Below are positions 12,315 through 26,110 of a stretch of DNA of 64,000 nucleotides, piece by piece (the first letter of the stretch is position 1; every line of letters starts with the position of its first letter). Origin of the DNA: Felis catus (taxonomy: Eukaryota); the NCBI RefSeq assembly GCF_018350175.1, contig NC_058368.1:54066001-54130000 (forward strand), read 5' to 3'. A program made the position numbers and the translations under genes. The notes beneath the pieces are model-generated. The model saw only the letters and a list, made by a program, of their open reading frames with translations. It did no database searches and was not told the DNA's origin.

Positions 12315-14199
12315 AATGAATACACTACAGTCTCTCCTATATTAAATGCTCTCATATTTTCAACACCTGCAAAACAAACACAGGTCAAAGAATCCCGGCA
12401 AGGGCTATCAAACTAGTACTAACTCATTTAAATTAGTGGAGAAAGGAACACAACAAATGCAAGTCCACAATTTTTATCTGTAAACTTTCATAGCTTAGCT
12501 TTACCACAAAACTCACACCTGTTTTTTTTTAATTCATGAATTATTCAATTAAACTTAGAATTGATAAGATGCAATTAAACTTAGAATTGATAAGACTGAC
12601 CATCAGGCTGACCAAACCAATTGCTTAGTGACTCTACCTCCATTTTCATCTCTGCTTTTGTTTACCAGTTATACTTAGTGGGCTGCAAGCCACGTCAGCT
12701 CTGGGTACAGAAAGGAGGTGAAGAAGGTGAATCAGCCTGACACCCACTCCTCCAAGCCCTATATAAGAACCACCGGGAATTCTTACTTTCTGCTATAATG
12801 GCTGAAGTCAGCCTTTTTTGTATCTTAAGTGGGAGATAAGTTATTGTTCACTTAAAATAGGACGTGGTGATTTAGCATGGCTTTAATTGGATTTGGACAA
12901 TAAAAATACCCTTTGCTACTGAAAAAAGAATGCAAAACTTGAACATGAAGGTTATACAACCTCTTTACAGCAAAAGAGCAATCTTTTTTTCGAAAGGTTG
13001 TCCTCACAATAGAAACTGATTTTATATTCCTAAATGAGGCATGGGAGACAAAATCTGCTCTTGAAACATTTCAACTTTCTTCAGTGTTCTCTGTTTAATT
13101 ATAATTGCTTCCTATATGAACCTCCCCAGCTAGCAATCTAATAACCATTAACAGAATTTATTTACTGTTTAAATTGCTACTTAAAGTTTAGGCTTTGTAG
13201 CAAGGATTTCGTCAGGTAACTAATAGAAGGCTTGGCCTTTTAAGTCAAATCCTTGCCTCATCTCTCCCTTCAATGTGTACACAAGGACTTTTCTTGTAAA
13301 AAAATAAACTTGAAGTCCTAGGAAAGACTTGTTTTTTTGGGGGGTGGGTGGGTTACAAGATAAGCAGATAATTATATGTATCTAAATACCTGCAAATCTG
13401 TTGAACTTGGCAAAAGTTTAGATTCTTTTGTTCTTTTGAATAAGCACATTTGCAGATGTGAATCTTAGAGTTTAAAAATGTATGAGACTGACAAATTAAA
13501 ACAATAAAAATGGATCTGCCACACTCAATAGGTCAACATCTTTTCATTTCCTACACAGGAGAGAAAAAAAAAAAAAACCACAGTAGTAACCATCCTAGAA
13601 TTTAGGAAGCTTGTAATTATAACTCTAGTACATTCCTTGGACAGACCTTATCTAGCATTTTACCAAATTCAAATAGAATATAAAATTTAGTGTTTTAGTT
13701 TCTAAATTTTAATATTTTGTCCATTTTTAGATGAGTCTGATTAGAACAATCACAATTGCGTTCTATAGTTATGAGGGCTAAGAATATCAATAAAATGGTA
13801 TGTTTCCAAATGATAACTAAACAGGGAATTGAATGGCAGATTTTGAGTAAACTATTAGATAAATTGTTCTTAAACTCAAGGACCATGAGAACATTCTTTT
13901 AAATTGTTCAACAACTTTTTCAATTATGGTTCATTAAAATGCAACACATAGAGAGGAAATGTATTTTCATAACTTTCTCTTTCAATATGTTTCCAAATTG
14001 ATACTAATCACTGAAGGAATAGTAGCAATGTTGATGGCAATTATAATTAAAATAGTATGAGACACCATATAAGAATATAATTTGTAATATCTTAATTTTG
14101 AATGATAATTTGTTACCTGTGTATGAAGACGCTAGAAGAAAAATGTCATCAGTGCAAAATGCGTTTAAGAGATGTTTCTCTGCAAACATTGATAGGAAG

Positions 14200-14420
14200 A
14201 AGCAGCTAGGATATGATCAAAACATGAGACTTGGGGTCGAAAGTCTGGGCTTGGAGGTGTTTTCACTTGCTTACTGTATGATTTGGAACAATTGTCCCAT
14301 CTACAGAAATTTCAATTTCCTCTTATGTAAAATAGGAATATGAATATCTGCCCTATAAGCATCTCCAGGTTAGCAGTGAGGATCAAAAATCAAAATGAGG
14401 TATTGCATGTGAAAGCAACA
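14200..14420 (+). mobile_element. MIR
   Basis: ttcaatttcctcttatgtaaaataggaata...gtgaggatcaaa core. Confidence 0.6.
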
Positions 14421-14796
14421 GTAGAGTTCTGTTCAGTTATGTTTTGCACAGATGTGGCCTCAGTTTCCATATTGAGGTTTGGATCTAGAACTCAAGGGGA
14501 AAAACAAAGGTAAGGTACATTGGTACATAATGATATTTAATTTAAAATGGTTTTATTTCTATCCTACTTAACCCTGCAAAAGAAGGGAAGTGGTGGTCTA
14601 ACAGCAAAAGCTGCCCTTTATTAAGTGCTTTGTTTATTGCCATGTGTTTGCGCTGCAAACATTGCAAAACTAAAGCACATGCTAGATACTGAGAATACAA
14701 TATCCTTTGCCCTGTCCAAATTCAAGAAGCTTAAAGAAGACAGTGGTGATGCAGTATAGTGTTAATAATGAAACAGTTCACAAAAAGAATAGTCTT

Positions 14797-14985
14797 GGGG
14801 CACCTGAGTGGCTCAGTACGTTAAGCATCTGACTCTTGATTTTGGCTTAGGCAATGATCTCACAGTTCGTGGGATCGAGCCCTACGCTGGGCTCCGTGGT
14901 GCTGACAGCTCTTTTTCTCTCTGCCACTCTTCCATGCTTACTCTCTCTCCCTCTCAAAATAAATAAATAAATATTTTTAAAAAAG
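14797..14985 (+). mobile_element. CanSINE
   Basis: ggggcacctgagtggctcag head, CT tract and A-rich tail. Confidence 0.9.
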
Positions 14986-15384
14986 AATAATCTTAATCCT
15001 TCTTTATATATGAGTAAATTGATCTCAGGGATATTAAGTAACCACCCCAAGGCCATTCAGCCAGCAGGTGGGAGCACCAATGTGAGATACCATCCATCAA
15101 GTTCCAAAGCCAATAATTTTGACTGTACATTTGTATTGCATCAAAATAATTTTTTTGGTGCTTCCCTAGGGACCCACTAAAAGCTCTAAAAGGTAGTTTG
15201 GAAAATAAAAATAAAAAATAAAATAAAAGGTAGTTTGGACATTAAACTATTCCTTTGTAAAGTTATTTATGTACATAATGATGTTTGAAATGTCAGTTTT
15301 CAGAAGAGAAATATATTTTATATTCTTTAATATGACTTTTTGCTTAATACAGCAGTCTTAAGCTCTCATTAAAAATTTTTAAGT

Positions 15385-15590
15385 ATATATTTTAATGTTT
15401 ATTTATTTATTTTGAGAGAGAGAGAGCACGAGCATCAGAGGGGCAGAGAGAGAGGGAGAGAGAATCCCAAGCAGGGTTCACGTTGTCAGTGTGGAGCCTG
15501 TCACGGGGCTCGACCCCATGAACCATGAGATCATGACCTGAGCCAAAATCAAGAGTTGGACATTCAACTGTCTGAGCCACCCAGGTGCCC
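15385..15590 (-). mobile_element. CanSINE
   Basis: Antisense full-length copy. Confidence 0.9.
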
Positions 15591-15737
15591 TTTAAAGTCT
15601 CATTTTTTAAAGCCCCATTTTTTTTTTTTGTCATCAAGCAGTTAATGTATGATGCATTGCTAAAGTCCTAAAGGCAAAGCCAATTAGGCATAACTATTTT
15701 AATTAAGAACCAAGTGTTTTCCTAGATCCTTGTTGTT

Positions 15738-16332
15738 TGTGATGGTTAGTTTTATGTGTCATCTTGTCTAGGCCATGGTACCTAGATATTTGGTCAAACA
15801 TTATTTTGGGTGTTTCTGGAGGGTTTTATTTGTATGGGATAATTAACATTTAAATCAGCAGATTTACTTACTAAAAAAAATTTTTTTTAATGTTTATCTA
15901 TTCTTGAGAGAGAGAAAGAGACAGAGCATGAGTGGAGGAGGGGCAGAAAAAGAGAGGGAGCACAGAATCCAAAGCAGGCTCCAGACTCTGAGCTGTCAGT
16001 GGAGAGACTGACATGGGGCTTGAACCCACGAACTGTGAGATCATGACCTGAGCTGAGGTCAGACACTTAACCAACTGACCCACTTAGGTATTCCTAAATT
16101 GGCAGATTTTGAGTGAACTAGTTTGGCTTCCATAATGTGGGTGAGCCTCATCTAATCAGTTAATGGCCTCAATAGGCTGACCTCCAAAAAAGAAAGAAGG
16201 AATTCTCGTAGCAGATGCCTTTGGACTCGAATTGTAATATTGGCTCTTCCCTGGGTCTGTAGCCTGCTGGCCTATCTTACAGATTTTGGACTTGCCAGCC
16301 TCCATATTCATTAGTGAGTTCCTTAAAATAAA

Positions 16333-16383
<51 letters not shown>

Positions 16384-16419
16384 CCTATTGATTCTGTTTC
16401 TCTGGAGAACCCTAATACA
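15738..16419 (+). mobile_element. MLT2 (ERVL) solo LTR containing a CanSINE and a (TG)n tract
   Basis: Starts tgtgatggttagttttatgtgtca and ends ttctgtttctctggagaaccctaataca; (TG)n at 16335-16380. Confidence 0.88.
15870..16093 (-). mobile_element. CanSINE nested in MLT2
   Basis: Antisense copy with degenerate TSD taaat(ca/tg)gcagattt. Confidence 0.9.
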
Positions 16420-16422
16420 CTG

Positions 16423-16590
16423 TCCAAAGTGTGATGAGCAGACCTGCAGGATCTGTATAACCAGCATCATTGAGAGTTTGTTAGAATGCAGAATCTCAGA
16501 TCCTTCCCTCCTTGACCTATTTTTTAGAATCTGCATTTTAACAGTGTCTCCAGGTGATGGTGTGCAGAGCTAAGTTGGAGAAGTCCTACC
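16423..16590. mobile_element. MER5A-type hAT-Charlie MITE
   Basis: tgttagaatgcagaatctcag...agaatctgcattttaaca...ccaggtgat. Confidence 0.75.
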
Positions 16591-17549
16591 CAGGATGATC
16601 AGAAATTCAAGATGCTTTTTATCTCCTTCTTTTTCCTTTTCTTTTTATGCTTATATCTCTGCTAGACTTGGCACGTGTCTTCACAGCATGTGAGGGTCTT
16701 TTGATTTCAGGTTGGTTGATTGCTCTGGGGCAAGGAAAAGGTTAATGAGGTAAATTTTTGCTGGTTCTATTTGACTACTACCAAAGTTTCAAAAAAAGTA
16801 ATAAAACTCTTTCCAGTTCTGTAATCTAACTTATTGCCACTAGGAAAGCTTGTTCATTTCTCTTTGGGTTGATGAAATAGAGGCAGGAACTGCTCAGCTA
16901 AGGAAAACACAAATATATTTTAAAGGGTCATGAGTATCTGAGATAAGAAATGTATACATTTAAAATCATAATAGACTCATCTGTATAATTGTTGGATTGT
17001 GTTAATAAAATCCCATGCAGAGAGTGCTTAGCTCACTCAGTTGGAAGAGATTTCGACTCTTGATCTCAGATCATGGGTTTGAGCCCCACATTGGGTATAG
17101 AGACTACTAAAAAAAAATAAATATAAACTAAAAAAACTCATTCAAATGATATTTGGAGAGCACCTATTTTATGCTAGGCATGTGATAAGCACAAGAGACA
17201 GAAATTTTCATTTGTCTGTTTACTTTTATTTATTTTTTTAAGTAGGCTCTGCACTGAAAGGGCTTGAACTCATGATCCTGAGATCAAAAGTCACACGCTG
17301 TACTCATTTCTGTCTTTAAAAACTTTACAATCAGTTCAGTAGAAGGATAGATGTGTAAATAAGGAAGAGCAGTAACATAGTACAGCTGCCCCCATAAATT
17401 GCCATGAAAGGAGGAAGTCAAGTTTTCTTCAGCTAAATTCTTACTCTTGTAATTTATTCCACCTAAAATAATCAGCGGAGTTTTCTAAAATGGCTACTTC
17501 TTCATACCTTTCCTTTCTTAGGAACCATGAGTATATCTTTACTCTCGAT

Positions 17550-18420
17550 TGAATTCATTCATTCATTTCTCATCAAATACTTATTGAGCACTTCCTATGT
17601 ACCAGGTGCTGAGCTTGGCCCTGGAAACCCAGCTGTAAACCAAATAAAAAAATGTCTAATGGAGAGAAATAGTCCACAAGTAACCACACAAATAATTATA
17701 TAGCTACATTTGTATTATGTGCTATGAAAGAAAAAGACTTAATATGACAGCCAGTTACAAGGGAATGTTATTTAGATGAGGGATTAGAAGAAGCTTTCCT
17801 GGGAGGTGTCATTTTCACTAACTCTTTTTTTTTTAACGTTTATTTATTTTTGAGACAGAGAGAGACAGAGCATGAACGGGGGAAGGGCAGAGAGAGAGGG
17901 AGACACAGAATCTGAAACAGGCTCCAGGCTCTGAGCCATCAGCACAGAGCCCAATGCGGGGCTTGAACTTACGGACCGTGAGATCATGACCTGAGCCAAA
18001 GTTGGACGCTCAACCGACTGAGCCACCCAGGCGCCCCTTTCACTAACTCTTAAAGGAGGAGTAAGAGTTTCCCAGGTGAATGGATGTAGGATGAGGGTTA
18101 AGCATAGAGAAGATTCCATGTAAAAGAAATACTATTTGTGAAAGATGTGTTGAGGGAAGAAAAGAAACTGATACTGGAAAAAGAGAGAAGGTGGACCTTG
18201 ATGGCTGGGGTGTAAAGGGACAAAGGAACAGGTATCAGAGTGGAAAGAACCAGATCATTCAGAGTCTTGAAAAAACTGGAACTTTGTTCAAAGAGCAAAA
18301 GGAAGTCATCACATCTGTTTAAAAAGGGATCAAATGTTTAGAATACACTTTTGAAGGATCATTTTTACTGTCCATTGGAAAATGTTATGGAATGGCCAAA
18401 AATAGATTTTGGGAGACATG
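17550..18420 (-). mobile_element. L2 fragment split by a CanSINE
   Basis: ttcattcattcat...caaatacttattgagcacttcctatgtaccagg, the antisense L2 3' end. Confidence 0.75.
17827..18037 (-). mobile_element. Felid CanSINE with TSD
   Basis: TSD tttcactaactctt on both sides. Confidence 0.95.
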
Positions 18421-19092
18421 TTAGGACAAAATCCAGGTTCTCTAGTTTGACATTCAAATTTCTCAGAGTTGAGGCCAAATCTGTTTCCAGTCTTCGTTAT
18501 CACTTCTCTCTCACATGAATGTGCATTTCAGCCAGACCCATCCATTCTCTCTCCCCTGAACGGGATTTGCTCACTCCTGATTTTTGGCTTTCCAGAACAC
18601 CTCTTCACTACGTATTTTTTTCAAGAACCAGACAAAATTTCATCTGTCCTCAGTACCCTGGTTGAACATTGCTCATTTCTGTAAATATCTCAAATGGCTA
18701 CAAGGTTGAAAATTTAAGATACCATGGATTATAACAAACACCAATATTTTGAATCATGAATAAAGTGAATGTACTGCTGAAAAATTCATGACAAAATCTT
18801 AACATTAGACTGCTGAGATATGTAAAGTGGTCATTTTAGTTTAGCATTGCTTTGAAATTTCTCCCATCTATTCATGTACTTATGGGTTTCTCCCTTTCTT
18901 AGGTTCTATAAAGCACTTAATTGTTTTTTTCAAGAAAAGTTTGATCACAGTAGTTTGTCCAGGAACATGTTTTTTCCTTACCATTAAGTTTAAGGCCAAT
19001 AGCACAATATTTAATATCCTTGCTTATTGGATACATGATAATTTTTCATTTCCATGCTGTTTCATGAAGACATTTTAAACAACAATTAAAAT

Positions 19093-19655
19093 AGGGGTGT
19101 CTGGCTGATTCAGTTGGTAAAGCATGTGACTTTTGATCTTGGTGTTGGGAGTTTGACCCCCACATTGGGTGTAGAAATTACTTTAAAAAAAATCTTTCTT
19201 TGGGTCATCTGGGTGGCAGAGTTAAGCGTCTAACTCTTGATTTCAGTTCAGGTCATTATCTCATGGTTGGTGAGTTGAAGACCCACATTGGGCTTTGTGA
19301 TGACAGTGCAGAGACTGCTTAGGATTCTCTCTCTCCCTCTCTCTGTGCCCCTCCCCCACTCTCACACATGATCTCTCTCTCTCTCTCTCTCTCAAAATAA
19401 ATAAATTAATTAAAAAAACCTTAAAGGGGCGCCTGGGTGACTCAGTCGGTTGAGCACCGGCTTCAGCTCAGGTCACGATCTCACGGTCCGTGAGTTCGAG
19501 CCCCGCATCGGGCTCTGCGCTGACAGCTCAGAGCCTGGAGCCTGTTTCGGATTCTGTGTCTCTTTCTCTCTCTGCCCCTCCCCCATTCATGCTCTGTCTC
19601 TCTCTGTCTCAAAAATAAATAAACGTTAAAAAAAAATTAAAAAAAAAACCTTAAA
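19093..19655 (+). mobile_element. Three head-to-tail CanSINEs (19093-19195, 19200-19420, 19426-19650)
   Basis: Three tRNA-derived heads; the last has TSD aaaaaccttaaa. Confidence 0.9.
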
Positions 19656-21000
19656 ATGTGTAGAAGCAACAATGCATATTAACTCAATTGGAGTGGAATA
19701 ATATGAATAGCAATGATCAAGGTTAAGCACTGCAAACAATGAATGATAAGTATGCCATGACTGCTGCCTAGCCAATGACAATTATAAAACATCATTCATT
19801 GTGAGATGCATCCTGGTTTCAGAGATGTGTAAGTGAGAATACCAATGTTCACCTTAGAATTGAAGACCTATATTATATTTATACCATTGAATTGATACTT
19901 ACATTTTACCATGTATTATTATTCATACCTTTTCTTTCTTAGCTCCAGTATACTTTTACTTTCCATTGAGTTCATTCATCTAGTCATCCACTCATCAAAA
20001 ATCTTTATTGAGTATCTCCTATATGCCAGTGTTGGACTCTCCCCAAATGGACAACCATCACTAGCCCCACCACCCTTACCACCACCATCCCCACCCTGCC
20101 AAAACACACCTAAATCCATAGCATTGCCATAAATCCAATCATGAAGTTATTAATGTAAAGACACAGTACTTGGGACTATGAATGGATTCCTAAATTTCTT
20201 CTTCTGATTTTTTTTTTCTGATAGTGCTCTCAAATTAACATTGGATAAAACTGAAGTATATAAATCCATTGGCAAAGCTGTTTGTTTTAGTTGAAATGTT
20301 ATGAGTCTATATATGCACACAAACGCATGAACACAGATACATGCACATACATGCATATACACATTCTCTGTGGAGAAATTATAGTCTATTGAACATATAA
20401 CTACATTATTAGCCATACCTGCTTAACGTTTCCCTGTTAACAGGTACTGTATTTAAAGGGAAGTATCTCATTTCACTGTCAGGCCCCTCATGAGGTGTGT
20501 ATTATCACCCACTATTTGCAGGGAAGAAACAGCCCCACAGAGGTTAAACAACTTGCTCAAGATATATGGCCAATGTTCCTTCTATTAAACCACTTTTAAT
20601 ATCTTATAGGTAGTTAATATCCAACAGTAACAGTTTCACACAATTTTTCTTTTCAGACTTTTATCTTAATTATGTTATATGAAAACTTTCATTGCTTTAC
20701 AAAGGGACTTACCTGTGGTTTTTTTGCAGTAGAACTTTGTTTTAAATGTATGCTTCAATTTGTCAACTACATAGGTGAGCAAGAAGAAAATAACATGGTA
20801 GTGCCTAGCAACAATCAAAGATAAGTCTATAAAGAAGGGGCTTCTGAAAAGATCTTTAATCTTAACAACACAACATCTTTCTTTTAACTAGAATATTATT
20901 TAAAATGATTGATAATCTACCTTTTTTCCAAGAGCTTTCAAATAGCTTAAGATAAAAGATAGTATTCACACCACAAATTAATTAAAACTGGAGTAGGATA

Positions 21001-21239
21001 GGGGCGCCTGGGTGGCGCAGTCGGTTAAGCGTCCGACTTCAGCCAGGTCACGATCTCGCGGTCCGTGAGTTCGAGCCCCGCGTCAGGCTCTGGGCTGATG
21101 GCTCAGAGCCTGGAGCCTGTTTCTGATTCTGTGTCTCCCTCTCTCTCTGCCCCTCCCCTGCTCATGCTCTGTCTCTCTCTGTCCCAAAAATAAATAAACG
21201 TTGAAAAAAAAATTTAAAAAAAATAAAAAAATAAAACAA
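21001..21239 (+). mobile_element. Young felid CanSINE (SINEC_Fc type) with 18-bp TSD
   Basis: Perfect taaaactggagtaggata at 20983-21000 and 21240-21257. Confidence 0.97.
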
Positions 21240-22047
21240 TAAAACTGGAGTAGGATAGCTAATAATTTCATTTACAGAATCATCCTAACATAAAGTTTTC
21301 ATTTGGTATACTTTTTTGGTGACAAAGGGATCTTGTGAATTTTATGGGATAGTTAACTAAGTTTGCTACTTGAAACAAACTTATGTCCATTAAGAAATGT
21401 CAGAGGCAATTACAACATCAATAAATTCTAAAGATGTGCATCTCTTGAGTACATGTATATATACACATACATGTATATACATACATATTGATTAGAAGCT
21501 AATTATCAGGACCAAATCTTTTATAAAGAAATATTTGTGTGAAATTTATCAATCCATTGGGCTTCATGTAAAAAAATTCAACTGAAATACAAAATAATAA
21601 TAAATACTTCTTTAGTACTTACTTTGAACCAATCTCAAGGGTTAATATTTTACACATATCTCTTCAACCTTCACAAAAACCTTTGGGTCAAGAGTTACTA
21701 TCTCTCAGAGAAGGCATTAGGCTTAGGGAAGTTAAGTAACTTGCCTGTAGCTGCACAGCTAATAAGTAACAGAAGAGGGCATTTGCATATAGGCTTATCT
21801 CCAAAGCGCGTGAACTTAAAGTATTACAGAAAAGTAGGTATATTGGACATATATAGATATTTACAAATGTAGGGCATTTTTCCATTAGAAGAATTTCAGA
21901 GGCTTAGCACTCAGAATGGAAATTCCAAAGTTGTGGTCCCAGCAATCTCCCCAAGTCCTTTGACCTCACCCTCCCTCACACAGCTGACAGCTTTCCTTGC
22001 TGTGTCAGGATATAGTACATTTTCCACTACTCCCCCAGCTTCCTCTA

Positions 22048-22265
22048 TAGCAAGATTTCTGAAACTCAGCATTATTGGCAGTTAGGGCTAAATAATTCTT
22101 TGTGATAGAGGACTGTACTGGGCATAGTTAGTTGCTTAGTGGCATCCTTGGCCTCTACCTCTACCAATAGTTCCCTAGTTCCCTCCCTTGCACCCCCAGT
22201 AGTGAAAAACATAAATATCTCCAGATCTTGCCAAATGTCCCTTCGGGGATCAAATTGCCTAGGAG
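22048..22265 (+). mobile_element. MER20 (hAT-Charlie)
   Basis: ggctaaataattctttgtg...gcatccttggcctctacc...atctccagatcttgccaaatgtccc. Confidence 0.8.
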
Positions 22266-24624
22266 AGCAAGTCGGTAATGCTACCAGTCATTTTCTGTGA
22301 CTTAGAATCTAAATCCTAGATAATTAGCTTCCAAAGGGCTATGAACATCATTCTTAATCCACTAGTCCACAATCACAGACCTAGTGAATGCTTTCCTCTC
22401 CACTTACTGTAACATCCTTTACACTGAAGATACACAATGAACATTAACTCGGTAACAAGCGATTGCACCCTAGGCTTGTAGTTTTGATTGCTCAGGTGGC
22501 AGGGCAGATGATTACAATCAGACCAATAGTCTGTAAAAGAATCCATTTCCAAAGTTTAAGCTTAAAGGTAGAGTGCTAGTCAATGAACTAAATCAATTAG
22601 GCTCTATCCTAATTGGGTAGGTGAGAATCCAGGTGATATCTAGACCTGATGCAGATGTTGACTGTGTGGTTGCTCCTGCCTCCGGACAGTTCCTCACTAG
22701 CACAGTGACAGGTTGGAAACATACATCCCGTGGGACATCCTAGCCATTAGCTCAACAACATAGTGGGTACTAAATGTATCCCAAGGCTCTGTATGCCCTA
22801 AGGCTTGATGCATGCTAGGCCTCTTGGTTATTAGGTTTTATAATGTTCACAGTGACCATTAGATATGCATCCTTAAATGCTGTTCTGAACTTACAAAGAT
22901 GACTTTCTAACAAGAGTCTCAGGAACAGTTTTCTGGTATGACCAGCTAGATATTATGACTACTTTGTGCCTACTTTCGAGCAGAAAAACCAGGTTTGGGC
23001 TACAAAGAGTTCACTGAGCCTGTTAAGAGCTTGGAGTAATGAGAGATGATAAATATGGTATTTACCAGAGCCCTGCTTGACTGTAAGCCCCACTGATGCA
23101 AGTCAATAAACCAGATGCTATTTGGAGCACAAAACTATGTCAAAATGTGTAATTGTATTACCTTAAGTGCTAGAGATGGTCACCTAGGTTTGAGAGTCAC
23201 ATGAATCTGAGCAGCCCAGCCTCAGGTATTGTTTTTTGTTCCAAAGCTCAACCACTTCCCTTCACACTATGACGTATGCTCTTTTTTCCCCCTCTACTTG
23301 ATTATCCTCAATTTGCTCTTAATAAGTAATTATCCTTTTCTAGGTACAAAAGCAAACTAAAATTATGAGCTAAGGGCAAGAGGTAAATTCCAGCAAAAAC
23401 TGGAAGAACAAGAATTGATGAATTGTTTCAACTTTTTTCTTAGTTCTATATCTTAAAAATGTATTTTTTACTTTTTTTTTTTTTAGGGAAAGGTTTTAGT
23501 GAATCATGAATCTTAAAATTAAGAATAAACATAGCAGGATATAGCTGCTTAACTATTAATCAAATATCTCTACATTTCATTTAGGATTTGGGATATGAGC
23601 ATGGTGAACATAGTTTTATTTAATGAGTAACATTAATTCTGTTGCATCTCTCTTAGCAGAACTCTTTTGGCTATTTTGGTAGCCATAACCATTACCGTTG
23701 CAAAGACCTGGAGACCAAACCCGCTATTGAGAATGCATCCATGCTTTTCCAATTTCTGTACTCTCACAGCACTTTGCTTGTGCCTTTGCTATGAAAGTCC
23801 TGTCTTGCATTAAAGTCACTAACACTCTCCTTTTGTATTGCATCAACTAGCTCTATGATTTGTAAAGTGTAGACATCCAAATGAATTGAAATGCCAAGTT
23901 ATTTCGGTGCCTAAATTCCATTCCAAGTGGGTCCTTGTATTAAGCCAAATCATTTATTCTTCTCTGTACATTAGGATTGTTTTGAGAAAAAAGCTTCTTT
24001 CTAATCTCCTTTAATAGTTTATTTTTTTAAAGTTGCCAAATAAACCTGGCTTGTAAAAATTCTTTAGGTCAATCAGAATGCAGTTTTAGATAAAAATGTA
24101 AAACATTTTCTAGCCATAGATATTTCAATGCTAACCTTTTTTTGTTTGCTGTATTTCTATCCCCCCCCTTTTTTTTTGACTCTAAGTGAATATTTCGAGT
24201 TTAATTTGACCAGAGATGCACTCTCATTAGTGGTGTTCACATTTGTCTCTCATTCACATGGTTGTCTCTCGTGTTGTACGGAGGGTGATGGTGTGGCAGC
24301 CAAATGAAATCCAAGTATAGGATGTATATAGTCTGACAGCTTTATCCTCCTAGGAATGACCAAACCAGTGATTAAATGTTCCAGATGTATAATCATTCTG
24401 ATAATCAGTTGGTCCTTATTTTAAAATTCTGCTCTGGTCTTCTATCAGTGGAAACCCACCCACCCTTGGTAGGTCATAGAAAAATAAGGCAACTGTCTTA
24501 CTTAGAATAGAAATTAACATAACTTTTACCTTAATGAATATTGAAAACCAATATTGATACAATATTGATGTAGCTAGTTCATGATACAGTATTGATATAA
24601 CAAGTTAATGCCATATTTTTCTTT

Positions 24625-24825
24625 TTTAAAAATTATTTATTTATTTTAGGGAGAGTGTGTGAGCAGGGGAGAGGGGCAGAGGGAAGAATCTCAAGCAGGC
24701 TCCATTTCATCCTGGCTTAGCATGGAGCCTGACGGGGTAGGGGGGCTTGATCCCAGGATTCAGATCATGACCTGAGCCAAAATCAAGAGTCAGACTCTCA
24801 AATAACTGAACCACCCAAGCGCTCC
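24625..24825 (-). mobile_element. CanSINE
   Basis: Antisense copy; the last SINE before the SPRY2 3' end. Confidence 0.88.
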
Positions 24826-25941
24826 TCCCCCATTTTTATTTTTCTTTAGTAAAATAGTGGGAAATATTCTGCACAAGATGACAAACTGTTCTTGATCTAT
24901 AGTTTAATCAGTTTTCAAAGTTGAGACTTTTGCATCTGTATCTGGGTCCTTGGGCACACTTAAGAGAGGGAGGCAAATGGCCAATTGTGGGTATAAATGC
25001 TAGTGAAACTCTAAACCCATTAAACCTTTGAAGAGTTTGACCTATATGCTCAAGTTAATAAATTACATCAAAACCCATCAGTTGCTTCACAACACTGTGC
25101 AAAGATCAAATTCATTTCTCTGGCATCATCAATATCTTAACTGATACATCCTGGAGGCAAATAATCCTGGAGACAAAGTGTATTGGAGAAAGAAGTTATG
25201 CGAAAAGTTTGGGTACTTGGTTTTGTCTTTCTTTCACCCACAATCCCCAGAGCCTGCTCCAACATGGCAGAAATTTGACAAGGCCTTAAAGTCTCAGTGC
25301 ACATAAATGAATGTTTAAAGTAACAACCAAAGTAACAACTGTCATCTTGTCATTCTTAAATGAATCTCAATAGAGAGAACATACAGGTTTCTTAAAAGAA
25401 AAAAAATTGAAAGGCAAGAAACCAGAAATATAGCTAAGATCTCCCTAACTGCTTAGCAGTCAGTTGACAGGTTTGCTGCATCATACTTTTAACCTCTCAC
25501 AATATCAAAATAATGGCCGCTGGATTATAAACTCCTTATATTTATATAGGACTTTTCGTAAACTTTATAGAGATTAAGAACCTGGGGTGGTTATTCCTCC
25601 ATCTCAAGATGACCTACAACATTTAAAAACTCACTCACTCAAGTTACAGTACCAGCTGCTCTCAATCTGTTTAGATAGAAATTTAATTTTCCATATTCTG
25701 AACATGAATTTTATACTGTTATATATTCTAAACATTTAACAGTTTCATTGGAAGCATCTTGAGGAATCCAGTTTTCCTGTTTGTCTTTAAATAGTTTTCA
25801 TCAGGACTTAACATGTACTTATACAGTCTCTTCGAATTTCAGTTGGTTATCACTAGATTGTGCATTTAAGCTAGTGAATTATGCTTTATATCCACTCCAT
25901 TAAAAAAAAAAAGGCGCTAAATTAAGAAGCAGTTCCTCGGG

Positions 25942-26110
25942 TCAGTAATTTTTCAAACTGTATATGACTAGTGGAGTGATTAAAAATGCAAATTCCTAGG
26001 CAATACTTTATGACTCTGAGTAACCATGAGGGAGGGGTCTTAATTTACTTTTTCAGTAAACACCCAACTGTATCTGATGCGATGTGTCTGTAGAACACTT
26101 GGAAAACTGC
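25942..26110. mobile_element. MER5-type hAT MITE relic
   Basis: cagtaatttttcaaactg...aaaatgcaaattcctagg...aacacttggaaaactg. Confidence 0.5.

Noticed and set aside
12690..12770. CRE half-site, CArG-like CCTATATAAG and TATA-like element suggesting a hidden promoter
   Set aside because: Imperfect motifs with no CpG island and no downstream ORF or exon evidence.
18700..19870. Possible Tc2/Kanga-like DNA transposon relic around the SINE triplet
   Set aside because: The resemblance is too degenerate to call without a Dfam search.
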